Source: Callorhinchus milii
Taxonomy: Eukaryota
Direction of reading: 5' to 3'
Assembly: GCF_018977255.1 (NCBI RefSeq)
Contig: NW_024704743.1
Location: 19,160,001-19,224,000, forward strand
Length of the DNA: 64,000 bases
The notes beneath the pieces were generated by a model. It was given only the letters and a program-made list of their open reading frames with translations. It was not told where the DNA came from and searched no databases. Position 1 is the stretch's first letter, and each line of letters starts with the position of its first letter. The translations under genes were made by a program, and so were the position numbers. Of this stretch, positions 1-12,233 are shown in pieces.

Positions 1-49
1 TAACTTTAAATAAACTGGCTTCAGAATTAAGCTGTGGTTAAGCATTTAC

Positions 50-278
50 CAAATTCCGTGTGCTCGAAAAGGCTACAGAAATAGAGCAAATTTAGATCAC
101 TGTGGATTTTCTCCCCAATGTTTGGGATGCAGTTATAGATGTCCCCTGCCATCTGGTGGAACAAAATGTGAACTCCAGCCTCTTGTGGCAGTCGGACTGT
201 GGAAATAACATTTGCATAGTGCCCCTCACGCAGGGTAACTTCCCAGAGAGCTTGACAGTGGTGGAGCAGGATGCTGAG
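50..278 (-). CDS. Probable internal coding exon of an unidentified host gene (76 codons + 1 nt; phase 0 to phase 1)
   Basis: Strong acceptor tctgttttcccttccccccag at 279-299 and donor G|gtaaat at 49. Only one minus frame is open: LSILLHHCQALWEVTLREGHYANVISTVRLPQEAGVHILFHQMAGDIYNCIPNIGEKIHSDLNLLYFCSLFEHTEF. Non-repetitive sequence with natural codon usage. Confidence 0.65.
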
Positions 279-480
279 CTGGGGGGAAGGGAAAACAGAT
301 ACGAATGATGAACACCACAGTCTAATCTGTTCAGGTTGGAGTAGGATTTCTCTGAGGGTCATCCTCCGTCCTTGCCTACCGTCAAGTGGTCCGAAGCATT
401 ATCTGACATGAAAGGTGTTGTGTGGTTATTCAGCTCACCCTACCTAAGTTAGCCCAATTCAAGGTTTGCTTCTAGAAGCT

Positions 481-1480
481 AAACAACAACACATTACATT
501 TGCCTAGCGTCTTTCACGTCAGGAGGATGTCCAAAGGTGCCTGACAGTCAGGGATTTGGACCGGAGCTGGGAGCAGGAGGGGTGGATGGCAGGGAGGGTG
601 GGGATAGAAGGTAGAAGGCGCAGTCAAAGGTAGGGTCTTGAGACGTACCTTGAAGGAGGCAAGGGAAGGAGCGAGGCGAAGGGACTGTGAGATAGGGTCC
701 CAAATGATGAGGGCAGAGAGGCTGAAGACCCAACCACCAATGATGGGGTGTGCTGGGGATGGGGAGCAGGCTGGAGCCTGCTGAGCCGAGAGGGCGGAAA
801 GGTCGATGTGGATTTAGCAAGTCACAGAGGCAGGGAGGACAGGAGTAAGGCCGTGGAGAGTCCGGTAGGCGAGGATAAAGATTTTGAACTATCTGGGTGA
901 AGGAGAACTATTGGAGCTGGGCGAAGGTGGGGGTGATGGGGTCACGGAAGCTGGTGTGGGAGAGGACACAAGCTGCAGAGTTCTGAGTGGTCTGCAATTG
1001 TGGAGGAAAGAGCTGGGAAGGCCGACCAGCAGGGAACGAGCCTAGATACTACTAATAATAATGATGTAATGAATGCGTGGATGAGGGTCTTGCTGGCCTG
1101 AGGGGAGAGGCAGTGGCAGAACCAGGCGATCACGCAGGGATGTGGGGTAAAAGAACAGTTGAGGGTCAAACAAGATACCAAGATTCCGGACTGGCTTGGT
1201 AAGGTGACGTGTGCGTCTATATGATAATGGTGCTGCCAGGGTTCGAGGTGCGGAGACGCTGACGGGAACCAACCAGTTACATTCAACTGGAGGAATGTCC
1301 ACTTAGCACTCATGTCTAACAGACATTCTGTCCTGACAGCAGTGGTCCTGGAGTCGAGGGTGGAGGAAGAGATAGAGTTGGGTGTTACCAGCAAACGTGT
1401 GTTGACCCCATGTTTGCAGATGATGTCAAGAGGCAACGTATTGAAGGATAACAGCTGGAATGGGTAACTAACAACCAGGA
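481..1480 (-). mobile_element. L2 LINE, 5'-truncated and decayed
   Basis: (aac)n tail and L2 3' end at 481-545; ORF2 remnants LTKPVRNLGILFDPQL and SKTLIHAFITS. Confidence 0.9.
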
Positions 1481-1661
1481 AGGGTGGTTGAGGCCAGAAC
1501 ACCAGATTCAATTTATAAACATCTTGATATTAGAATGCGTATTGGAAAGGGATGAGATAAACAACATCAAGAGATCCAATGGATTTAGGAGCTTTCTTGG
1601 CAGGCTACTCGACTGGTGGAGGGGGCAAACATCACAGCTAGCCCCAATTCTATCCTAACAC

Positions 1662-2008
1662 CTGGCTCAATTGGTAGCCACCTCACCTGTAAGTCAAAAG
1701 GTTGTGGGTTCAAGCCTCACATTGGGACTCAGAACTCTCTGCTGACACTCTATTGCAGTCGATGTTAAAGATCCCATGACACTATTGAAAAAGAAAGGAG
1801 TTTCTCCGGGTGTCCTGGGCAACATTCTCTCAAATAAAATTGGTCATTCAGTTCATGGATAGTTGTGGGACATTGTTGTGCACAAAATGGCTATTGTATT
1901 TGCCTAGAAATACAGTTGCTGACCTTTGGAGTATATGCTGTGAAGCGCATTGAGACTTCCTTCTGACATGAAAGATGCTATACCAAATGCTAAGGATTAT
2001 TAGTAATA
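1662..2008 (+). mobile_element. Older tRNA-derived Deu-domain SINE (family B, SacSINE1-like)
   Basis: Head tggctcaattggtag...gggttcaagcc (A/B boxes), Deu core gttgtgggacattgttgtgcacaaaatggct, L2-like tail. Confidence 0.8.
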
Positions 2009-2309
2009 TAGCACAACATGCTTATAGCTGCAGTTTACAGCAGAGGCCACTGAGTGGCGTTCTGGTTTTCTCCATAACCCAAGTCCCACAGACAATTGTA
2101 ATTGATTGTAATTGTAAGCTGCAGTCCTATGCAACTGTTCTTTAGGTGGATGCGCATGATGTGGATATATCCTGGCCACATTCCTCCAGATAAGTCAATC
2201 AGCTCATGGCTGTTTACTGGACCTTCCTGCATGCAGGATGACTGCTACATTTGCCTACAATAAAGCGTCACTATTACTTGACAGCAATTACTGCAAAACG
2301 CTCTGAAAT

Positions 2310-2633
2310 GGAGTCCTGTAGCTCAGTGGTTAGAGCACTCGCTTTGCAAGTGAGAGATCTGAGTTCAATTCCAGGCAGAGGGCGAAACCTTGGGCAAGTT
2401 TCCTTACTCCACACAGAGCCTAATAATAATCCCTCCAAAACCAAAAACAATAATAAATTGGTCATTTTCAATCTACGACTGTTTGTGGGACATTGCTGTG
2501 CGCAATTGGCTGCTGCGTTCGCCCACAAATATACAGTCAATTCACTTTACAGTCTATTCTGGAAGCGCTTTGGGACGTCCTCCCGACGTGAAAAGCGCTA
2601 TATCAAATGCAAGGATTATTATTATTATTATTA
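2310..2633 (+). mobile_element. Young tRNA-Ala(TGC)-derived Deu-domain SINE (family A, short subfamily), full length
   Basis: Head ggagtcctgtagctcagtggttagagcactcgctttgcaagtgag...gagttcaattcc, Deu core, tail gggacgtcctcccgacgtgaaaagcgctatatcaaatgcaagg(att)n; sits inside an older SINE remnant. Confidence 0.92.
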
Positions 2634-3518
2634 AATGTTTTGACCTGCGAATCACCATAAAAATGTAAGTTCCTACCTCGCAGGGGTCTAAAACGTGCTG
2701 CTTACTAACGCTAAGTTTTCATTCTGCTTTCACAATAAGAAATCCCATTATAAATGTGAACTGAAATGGTTACATGAATAAGTAGTGAATGATGATTTTG
2801 CTAGACCTCCACAATATGCCAAATATACTGCGCACTAGATATTACTAAAACCTTGTTACTCACAGTCATAAGATAAAAGCACTTTGAGACGTCCCCCCAA
2901 AGTGGAATTACATATAAATGTAATTTTGTTGTTGTTGCTTTCTCAGCTCCTTTTTTTGCATAACTCTGTAAGGAATTTTGAGAAGTATCTTTCATGTGCA
3001 AGATGTTACACTGTATAAATGTAAGTTAGATGTGATACTTATTTGGTACTGAAATATCAAGTAAATTTTATGCAGTAGTTGAACGTTTGTATTTGTTTCT
3101 CGGTGATAGGTTTCTGAAGCACTGAGAGAATACATGCTTGGCATCAACTCTCAGAAAGCATTTTTAAATTAATATTCATTTTGAATTACGTTCCGTCTGA
3201 TGCTTTCACATTAGCTGTTAATAATGTATCATTATGGTTAATTTTCGTGCATGACTGAGAAAAATTACCTTGCTGTAATTTTACGGCATGAGCACAAGCC
3301 TCAAATTATGGTTTGGAAGGGATTTTGGAAAGTACAAACATTAGGAATGTCACTTCTACATGACTACACAAATAAAGGCTCGAGGTGTTGTAGACGAGAC
3401 CAGGGGAATGTTGGCAGGTCTGTGTCGAGGGGATCTCCTCATTTCCATTTTTTGATTTAAAGAATCTGTACAGGTTTCCATGAGTCAAAAAAGATTTCAT
3501 GAAAAAGTCATATGTATA

Positions 3519-3845
3519 TAATAATAATCCTTGCATTTGATATAACACCTTGTTACATTATTCGAAATGTCTCAAAGTGCTTCACAGAATATACTGTAAA
3601 GTGAATTGACTATATATTTTCTGGGCGACACATGGCAGTCAATTGCGCACAACAGTGTCCCGTGGATTGAGTGAACAATTTGTTTTGAAGGAATTATTGC
3701 CCTCAGAAAGGTGAAGTGGGTTCTTACTTACTGTTAGGTAAACATAGGCATAAGGAAACTTGCCCAATGTTTCGCCCTGTCGGGAATCAAACCCAGGTCT
3801 CTTGCTTGCAAGGCAAGCACTCTAACCCCTGAGCCACAGGACTCC
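3519..3845 (-). mobile_element. Family A DeuSINE
   Basis: Reverse complement of the family A head, core and (att)n tail. Confidence 0.9.
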
Positions 3846-4330
3846 ACTCCATAATGCATGTGTGTTGCACATTAACCTGTAAAAGCATCATATGCTCTTT
3901 TTAATATTAATATGTAATCCACGCATTTCATATATAGTGCCTTTTATGTTGGGAAGACGTATCAAAGCACTTCACAGGAGTAATGTAAAGTGTAATGACT
4001 GTATTTTGTAGGTAAATGCCTGTATTTTAGGCAATAATGGGGAGAAATTGCACCTGAGTCTAAATTGACTTTATTTATGCAGCATTGCAGAGCATCCAGG
4101 ATTCAGTAAATATTTAAACACAACCTTAATATTGAAACCACTGTTTTGCACACTCTTTGAGGAACTACAGAAAGCAGTTTAATGTTTAGACTGAATTCAA
4201 CAATTTGAAAAATTATGGGCGCTCTGAAATCCTAAGAAAATGTAATAAATCAACATGCAGCTGGAATTTCTTCCCATAAATACAGACGGACTGGTTTGTT
4301 CAATTACAATACTGTTCATGGAAATCTTCA

Positions 4331-4345
4331 CCACTAGATGGTGCT
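4331..4345 (+). promoter_or_regulatory. Candidate CTCF-binding motif
   Basis: ccactagatggtgct closely matches the CTCF core CCAC(T/C)AG(A/G)(T/G)GGCGC. Confidence 0.4.
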
Positions 4346-4416
4346 GCTCACCAAAAAGGAAATGTTCCCAGGCATTTTATTGTCCCATCTGTTGCTGACC
4401 ATTTCCTTGTAGGCTC

Positions 4417-4645
4417 GGGTGATCTTAAGTCCCCAATATTCCAAGGACAGTCCGCAGATGAGGAATTGTGTGGTCAAATTTGCCCTCTCTTGAGTTCAGC
4501 AACAAACCAATTAAGAACAATAAAATTCAACGACAGATCAATACTGTCATTAATCCATCAATCTTCTCCACCATCAGGCGTTGTCGTGAGTTCAATTGTT
4601 TTTATATGGGTCCCTAGATTTGGTTTACAAGATATGGTCACCCTA
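4417..4645. mobile_element. Old DNA-transposon-derived repeat, possibly hAT-Blackjack-like; second partial copy at about 30745-30870
   Basis: Ends in atatggtcacccta (reverse complement of a TAGGGTGACCAT-type TIR); internal aaatttgccct..cttgagttcagcaacaaac..aagaacaataaaat is shared with the 30.8 kb copy. Confidence 0.5.
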
Positions 4646-4784
4646 CTGAATGCAGCATGCAGTGAGTTGCAAGTACTACTAGACGCAATTAACTTGTGTT
4701 AATGATAAAATGTATATGGTGTTCCTGCCATAAAAAGAGACACAAGGCCAAATTGCTGTTTGCAACAGAACTTGCAAAGAATTT

Positions 4785-5262
4785 CACAGAATCTTGCAGC
4801 ACAGAAGGAGGCCATTCAGACAATTGTGCTTGTGCCAGCTCTTTGAAAGAGCTACTAACAAGTCACACACCCTGCTCTTACCCCATAGCCCTGCAAAATT
4901 TTCCTTTTTAAGTACCTATCCGATTCCCTTTTGAAAGCTATTAGCAAATCTGCTTCCATCACCATTTCAGGCAGTGCATTCCAGACCGTATTATCCCCTG
5001 GGGGAAAAAAAATCTCTTTGCCTCCCCTCTGGTTCTTTTGCGAATTTTCTTAAATCTATGTCATTTGGTTACTGACTTACCCGCCAGAGGAGAGTTTCTT
5101 CCTATCTACTCCATCAAAACTCCTCATAATTTTGAATGCCAATTAAATCTCCCCTCAACCTTCTCTGCTGTAAGAAGAATATTCCCTGCCTCTCTAGTTT
5201 CTCCAATAACTGAAGTCCCTCATACCCAGTAAATATTGAATCCTTCTGGTAACTGGATGTAC
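4785..5262 (-). mobile_element. CR1 LINE 3' fragment
   Basis: ORF remnant QQRRLRGDLI followed by a CR1-type 3' UTR. Confidence 0.85.
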
Positions 5263-5289
5263 ACCACACACACACAGAAACTCTGCTCT

Positions 5290-5663
5290 GATGCTCCCAG
5301 ATCAATATACCTCACTGATCAACCAACCTGCCCACTCCCTCCATTCAGCAGACTGGTCTGCTCCATGTCTCCCACCCGACCCGCCCTACCATCGGCGGCC
5401 GGGCTTTCAGCGTCTCTGCCCCCACACTCTGGAAGTCCATCCCACGGTCCCTTCGTCTCGCTTCCTCCCTTGCCTCCTTCAAGGCCGGTCTCAAGACCCT
5501 TCTCTTCGATCGTGCCTTCGGTCGCAATCACATCTCTCTGCCTTACCTCACCCCTACACCACCCCTTTCCCCATGCTCGGGCCCCGACACCTGACTGTTC
5601 AGCGCTTTCGGACGTCCTCCCAATGTGAAAGGCGCTCTATAAATGTAATTTTATTATTGTTGT
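5290..5663 (+). mobile_element. L2 LINE 3' fragment
   Basis: Coding remnant atcggcggccgggctttcagc...tccttcaaggccggtctcaagacc and L2 tail. Confidence 0.9.
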
Positions 5664-6112
5664 TAGGAGGGGGTGTGCAGTGGGGTTTGTCATTGTCCTG
5701 GCTAAGTGGCAACTTGATTTTGTTACATCTGCTTCCCTCCCAGAGAAGAGACTTCAACCAGCGTCTGTCTGTCTGCCTTCCAGGTGCTTGGATCCCCTGG
5801 TCTCATCTTGCACATGATAAAGCGCTATATCAAATATACCGATTATTATTAAATACCTGCACTCCTTCAGCAGGTTATACTCCATAAATACAATCCTTGT
5901 CCAGGAACAAATCACTATGCTTCCTAGGACTTTGGCTCGTGTCAGAATGTATGAGTAAATAGCGAGTGTGAAATGAAGCTTTAGGCATGTGAAAGGTTGG
6001 ATTTATCTTTGGATGTCTTTGGATTACAGCTCTATAGTTCAAACTCAGGTCAGCCAGTGAAAGTTACACAGCTAATTCACTATACACTATCTTTAAGAAA
6101 GACAGTAAACCA

Positions 6113-6480
6113 TTAACAACAACAACTTGCATTTATATAGCGCCCTCCATGCAGGGCGGGATCTCAGAGCGCTTACCAATGGCGGAGCCCGAGACTGAGA
6201 CAGGGGGAAGGGGAAGGTGACCATAGGAGCCATCCAAGAGGAAGATCTTCAGGCGCGACCTGAAGTTGGGGAAGGAGGGGGCGAGGTGAAGGGGTTGAGG
6301 GAGGGAGTTCCAAAGTTTCAGGGCGTAATGGCTGAAGGCACAGCCGCCGATGGTGGAGCAGAGGATTCGGGGGAGACACAGAGGAGGCTGGACCATGTAG
6401 AGTGGAGGCAGCGGGTAATGCTGTGGGGAGAGAGGAAGTCAGAAAGATAGGGGGGTGCCAAGGAATAAACACTAGAGGGA
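6113..6480 (-). mobile_element. L2 LINE 3' fragment
   Basis: STIGGCAFSHYALKLWNSLP...LKIFL and (aac)n tail. Confidence 0.88.
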
Positions 6481-8153
6481 GCCATTAACAACAACAACAA
6501 TAACAAAATTACTTTTGTATAGCGACTTTCAGGTTGGGAGGACGTCCCAAGGCACTGGATAGTAAAGTAACTTTACTGTGGTACAGTTATTCTTGGTAAG
6601 TGCAGTATTAATCTGGCTACAACCCCATGCTATCCATATTACCTGTGGTGTTATTAATGGAAGCTATGTTGGAGCTGATTGTTCCATTTCAACTTCCCAC
6701 TCATAATGTGACTCTGTGATTTTTCCACCAATACTAGAATATCCAGCTCAATGCTACAGTCAGCGAAATCATCAATTGTTATGAAGAGGGCATCTTGCAA
6801 TGATAAGATATTCGTGGCTTACAATCAATAACTTTTAAAGGAAATAAAGGAACCGTTAAATCAATTGGCACTGGATACAATTCAAGGCATTTTTACATCA
6901 GTATCTGCTACTCAAAGATCATTAAAAGGCATTCAAGAGCTGAGCTTGTGCAATTTTACACAAAGTGAGCGTTATTATATTTTACAGCTTGTAAGGGTTA
7001 CCAGTGTGAATGTGTGAACAGTTTAGATGCTGCAATAGTCTGGTTCCTAAGGTAATAATGAGTAAAGTTCAGAATATGAAGCCAGTTTGCAGCCCTGTTT
7101 AAAAATTTTGACTTTAAATACACAATGCATTCCACCTGAGTTTTGCCATATTGCTAGAGTGAAACAGAACAGTCACTACTGATCAGCTACTTGCTAGAAG
7201 CTGGGCAGAAAAATAATCCAATAGGTTGTTTCTGCACATCTTCTGTAGGATCTGACTTTAATAAAATAGTAATGTGCAAGCTTGGGACAAGCTCACCTCA
7301 AACATGTGTGTTTCAATTATCAGGGGAATTCAGAGTAAAGGGGAAGTCAGACAGTGCTATATCAGCCATAAGTTGACAGACTTGTGCAACACATTACTAG
7401 GAAAGGCCATTGAAGCAGACAGAAAAAATAATTCCAAGTAGGTTTCTGAAGAGAGGAGATTGAGAGGATACATTGAGAAAACAAACACTTAAATTTGATG
7501 AAGCAAAAGGGACAGGTTGTTTGAATATAAAACCAAACTGAGATAACTGGAAAGAACTTGTATTCTCATAGTGCCTTATCTCGTCGAAACATTTCAAAGA
7601 GCTTCACAGATGATAAGAATAATTGCATTTACTATCGTGCCTTTCATGTAAGGAGAACATCTCAAAGCACTGCATAGGATTTACTGTAAAGTACAGTAAT
7701 TATGCATTTTGTAGACAGATGTTATGCTCAAGTGTAGGACCTGATTTTGTAGGCAAACACAGCTGCCAGTTACTCACAACAAAATCCCCCAAATAGCTCG
7801 GAGCTGAAGTACCCATTAATCTGGAGGATAGTTGACCAGAAAACAAAACACGCTCCTGTTTTCTTTTGAATATTATCATAAGATCCAACTGAACAAGCGA
7901 ACAGGAGGCAAACATGTCCGATTGACGTGAAAGGTGCTGTACCAAATATAAGGATTATTATTATTAATAGTAATAGCTGGGCACCTGAGCTGGGGGTTGG
8001 AGCTGGGAGAGGTGGAAAGGGGAAAGATGACCAAAAGCATAGTCGAAGAGGTAGGTTAAACACAAAATGGCTCTTGTATTTACCTACAAGTGTACAGTCT
8101 CTACACTTGAAAGTAATTACAATATTATGAAATTGCAGCTGAAACTCACTGTC

Positions 8154-8494
8154 TAATAATAATAATCCTTGCATTTGGTATAGCGCTTTTCACATCTATT
8201 AGACATCTCAAAGCACTTCACAGAATAGACCGTAAAGTGAATTGACTGTATATTTGTGGGTGAAACGCGGCAGCCAATTGCGCACAGCAGTGTCCCACAA
8301 ACAGTCTTGGATTGAAAATGACCAATTTTCTTTGTTTTGGAGGGATTATTATTAGGCGTGTGGAGTAAGGAAACTTGCCCAAGGTTTCGCCCTCCCTGGA
8401 ATTGAACCAAGGTGTCTCGCTTGCAAGGTGAGTGCTCTAAGCATAAACATAGAAATTACAATATTAACCACTAACCACTGAGCTACAGGACTCC
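8154..8494 (-). mobile_element. Family A DeuSINE (short subfamily) with a ~34-nt insertion in the tRNA head
   Basis: Matches 2310-2633 in reverse; extra bases at about 8441-8474. Confidence 0.9.
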
Positions 8495-11029
8495 CCTGGT
8501 CTAGAATGAAGAATGTTCTCTTGGGTGAGATCGAACTATACACAAGCAAATGTCCGTGTCCATAGCGGAGGTGGATGGGAAAATAAAATATAAAACGATG
8601 ATCCCTTTCCAAAACCATCTGGTATTTCCATAGTTATATGAAATATATAGCTTGAAAATGTATAAATGTGTCTTGTTCTCAATAGCTCAGTAGATAATTG
8701 TTCTTCAAATAGTAAATCTCTACAAGCTGCTATCTGTTTCTCTAACTTCAGTAGTTAATGTTTAATAATATACAAGGGGAATTGGTGTTGTACTCGTCCT
8801 TCTTTAGAAATCGAATTTAAGTCTGTTGGAAAATTCTCCTCTCTCCAATGACTGAGAGGTGAGTTTGTTCTGCCTCGCACTAGGCACCAGTGGGTGAAAG
8901 AGCACTGAGCATGGACGTGATGCTAAGTAGTAGTCTCACTTGCAAAAGGAAAAGGTCGTGAAGATTGTGGTATGGTAATTGGAATTGTCTCACTGGAGTA
9001 GTATGATGTGGTCTTTTGAGGGTGGGGTGATGTATATTTATGGAGACATTCTCCGTGGGTCTAGACTTACTCTATATAGCATTTCAGAGCATCCAGAATT
9101 TTGGCAGAATCTTAAATACAGCCATAACTTTGAAGCAGGGTTCCTGTAAGTTTATTATAAGAAACTACAGAAAAAGTTCTTCTAAGTTAAGGATGACTTC
9201 AGCACTTTGCCATATTCTGTATGTTCTAAAATATGATGTGAATAGAGTAAAATTCAGGTTGAAGTTTCTCCCCAATAGTTGAGCAATGTTCATACCAGCT
9301 AGGACTCTCTGGTCTTGAAAGAAGGTGTCTGAGAGGGGACCTTACAGAGGCTTATAACACTTTAAATGAGATTGAAAAAGTAAACCCAGAAGAATACTTT
9401 AGGATGCACCTAAAGATAGTAGAACAAGAGAACACACTAATAATAATCATCCTTGCATTTAATATAGTGCCTTATCACATCATCAAAATGTCTGAAAGCG
9501 CTTCATCATAGGATATACTTGGTAATGCAGGCTTAAATTTTGTAACATTTGTAAATCCAAAACACAGTTTCTATTCACTAGTTCCTTTATTTAAACCTTA
9601 CACTTCCACTCTCATCTACAAATCTGCCCAGTCACCTTCCCAGAATAATTTTATACTTGCTTGCTTCTCATTGTCAATATCCAATTGCCAATTAAGTCAT
9701 TAAAGCAATATGCAACAATATCGATGGTTTCTGTTCAATGTGTTCACACGGTCAGCCACCAGGAGTAAAAAAATAATTCTGAAAAGAGTGTTATTCATGC
9801 AGTGTGTCAAACTTAGTACACCACCACAGAGTGCTAACATCACTTCATCTCATTTGAATATTTGTGGTGTAAAATCTCCTACTCCCCAAGCGATGTTGTG
9901 TGGCAGCATTGACGGCTTCAAAAGGAACATATGTTATTGCATCAAAATCTCTGACTCCCTCTGGAAATTTCCATGGTACTACCTACCGCATTGAGTAATT
10001 GAGACAAAAATCAATGCTTTGCAAGTCATGCATGCAGACCATGAAAACAATCTGGTAGATGCTGGATGAGTGATCACAGGTTTTCTTTGCTGCTTGAGAT
10101 CATTTGAACTTGGTGATTTGTTATTTTGGCAACTGCACGCAATTGGGCAAATAATTTTGTCACTTAAAAATCGTGTAATCTAAACAATAGAATATCAGGT
10201 GACAATAGCATTTAGCTGCCTTGTTGCGTGAAGTCATTAAAGAAAATTGCATACAAGATGTGAGGCATATAAAAATAATTGATACTTTAGTTTTATTGCT
10301 TTTCTGGTTTCCACATGTTAGAAAGTTTAATCCAAAGGTCTACTATTGGAAGTTTAAATGCCAGCAAAAAACAAAGAAGTACAATTTACATTTATATAGT
10401 GCATTTCACATCCAAAGAATTTCACGCAGCTAATGCGAGCCTGAACTGGGGGGAGGAAGCTAAGGAAGAGAAAGGTGTCTGAAAGCACGGTTGAAGCGAT
10501 AGGTTTTTAAAGGTTTTGAAGGTTTAGAGAAAGGTAACAAGGCGAATGGTTCGTGATGAAGTTGCAGAGAGCAGGGCAGAATGTCTGAATGTTCTCCCAC
10601 TGATGGTGGAACAGGATAGACGGGGAACTTGAAACAGGCTTTGAACCTCATCCCAGCATGAGGAGGCTGGGGTCAGGGATCAAATATGAAAAATAATTAG
10701 ACACATTAAATTTATATTAAAAAGTCTTTATTAAAGAATTCAGTTGAGACGTACTGTAAAGTAGACATGAAGAAGTCCAAACATTGTGAACATATTTTAA
10801 GCTTTATGACTTTATTGTCCCTTTGGCAACAATCGCAGAATACTGTCAATGCAAGGGTTTTGCTTTTGAATTTGAGCCCTCCACACTGTTCCCATTATTG
10901 GACATCTCACTCCTTCATTCAAGACGTTACATACATATGGCCGTAAAATTTGTTTTGGTTTCTTAACCTTTCTCTTAAGGGATGGGCTAATAAACTGATG
11001 CACAATTTACTCCATAATGCTTACAACAA

Positions 11030-11590
11030 GGGTGGGGGGTGAATTTGAAGGTGGGGAGGGAGGAGGCAAGGCAGAAGGATTGAGGGAGAGTTCCAGAGTT
11101 TTAGGGCATAGTGGCTGAAGGCACGGCCACCGATGGTGGAGGAGATGAGCGACAAATAGGAGGACTCTTCAAATAGGCCAAGTGGAGGGAGTGGGTAGTG
11201 GAGTGGGGGGTAATAGGCAGGGCGCTCCGAGGGCATGAAGGGATTTAAAACGTGAGAGAATCTTGAAATCGATCCATTTGTTAATTGGGAGCCAATGGAG
11301 CCTGGCAAGGATTGGTGTGATGGGAGTACAGAGTTTTGTGAGGGTGAGTATCCAGGCAGCAGAATTTTGGGTTAATTGAATTTTGTGTATGTTGGAGTTG
11401 GGGAGACCAGCGAGGAGGACATTGGAATAGTCCAACGGGAAGTGACAAAGATGTGGACGAGGGTTTCAGAGGCATGGTTGTGCGGTACAGACGAAGGCGG
11501 GCAATGTGATTGGGATGGAAAAAAGCGTTCGTTGTCAGGGAACAGATGCGGAGTAGAAAGGAAAGCTGGGTTGTGCACAGGTTCGAAGAG
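11030..11590 (-). mobile_element. L2 LINE fragment
   Basis: DYSNVLLAGLP...QNSAA...ITPILARLHWLPINKWIDFKIL. Confidence 0.9.
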
Positions 11591-12233
11591 TCCCTCAGAT
11601 GGGAAGATTGAGACCTAGGGGTTAGACTCCAGCAGGAGCTCAATGTACACGCTGGGGTCCCCAAGCCTTGGCACTTGCCAACCTTCTTCTAATAGTCTTT
11701 AATATTAGGTAAGCGGCATGCGTCCCTCTAGGGAAAGAGTCACAATAGACAAGAATTTCCAGGTGTACGTGAGATGTATGGAACTCTCCAGTTAGTTTGG
11801 ACACTCTTAAATATAATGATGGGCTTCAGCATGTGTCAGCCACCTGCATGATGCCCCCCACCAATTGCTTTGTTTCGAGTATATTGATATACTCTTAAAA
11901 TTATTTTTAAAATATATTTTCAATCACATGTTTCACAGTGGTTTATGGGGCAAACAACTGTGCACAAATGGGTGCCAATTTCGCCTACTACAACAACAAA
12001 TTGCATTTATATAGCGGCTTTCATGTCTGGAGGATATCTCAATGTGTTAAACAATGAAATGAACATGCACAAATATACCGTCATTGCACTGTACGCTGTG
12101 AAGCACTTTGAGACATTTCAATAACGTGACAAGGAACTGTATCAAATGTAAATTCAAAGATTATCAAAGTATTCCACAGATCTGCATAATCTTCGTATGT
12201 GGGGGAGAGGGGGATCCCTCAGTTTGATTGAAA

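Noticed and set aside
102..308. Plus-strand ORF with integrin-like DCGNNICIVPL
   Set aside because: Codon-aligned shadow of the minus-strand exon; weak acceptor
2310..2385. tRNA-Ala(TGC) gene
   Set aside because: It is the head of a multi-copy SINE and runs straight into the SINE body; the same applies to the other copies
2251..2668. Recurrent ORFs such as [26 protein letters not shown]
   Set aside because: Chance translations of the SINE Deu core, not a protein family
6643..6737. Minus-strand exon-like segment with a good donor
   Set aside because: Stops in all three frames
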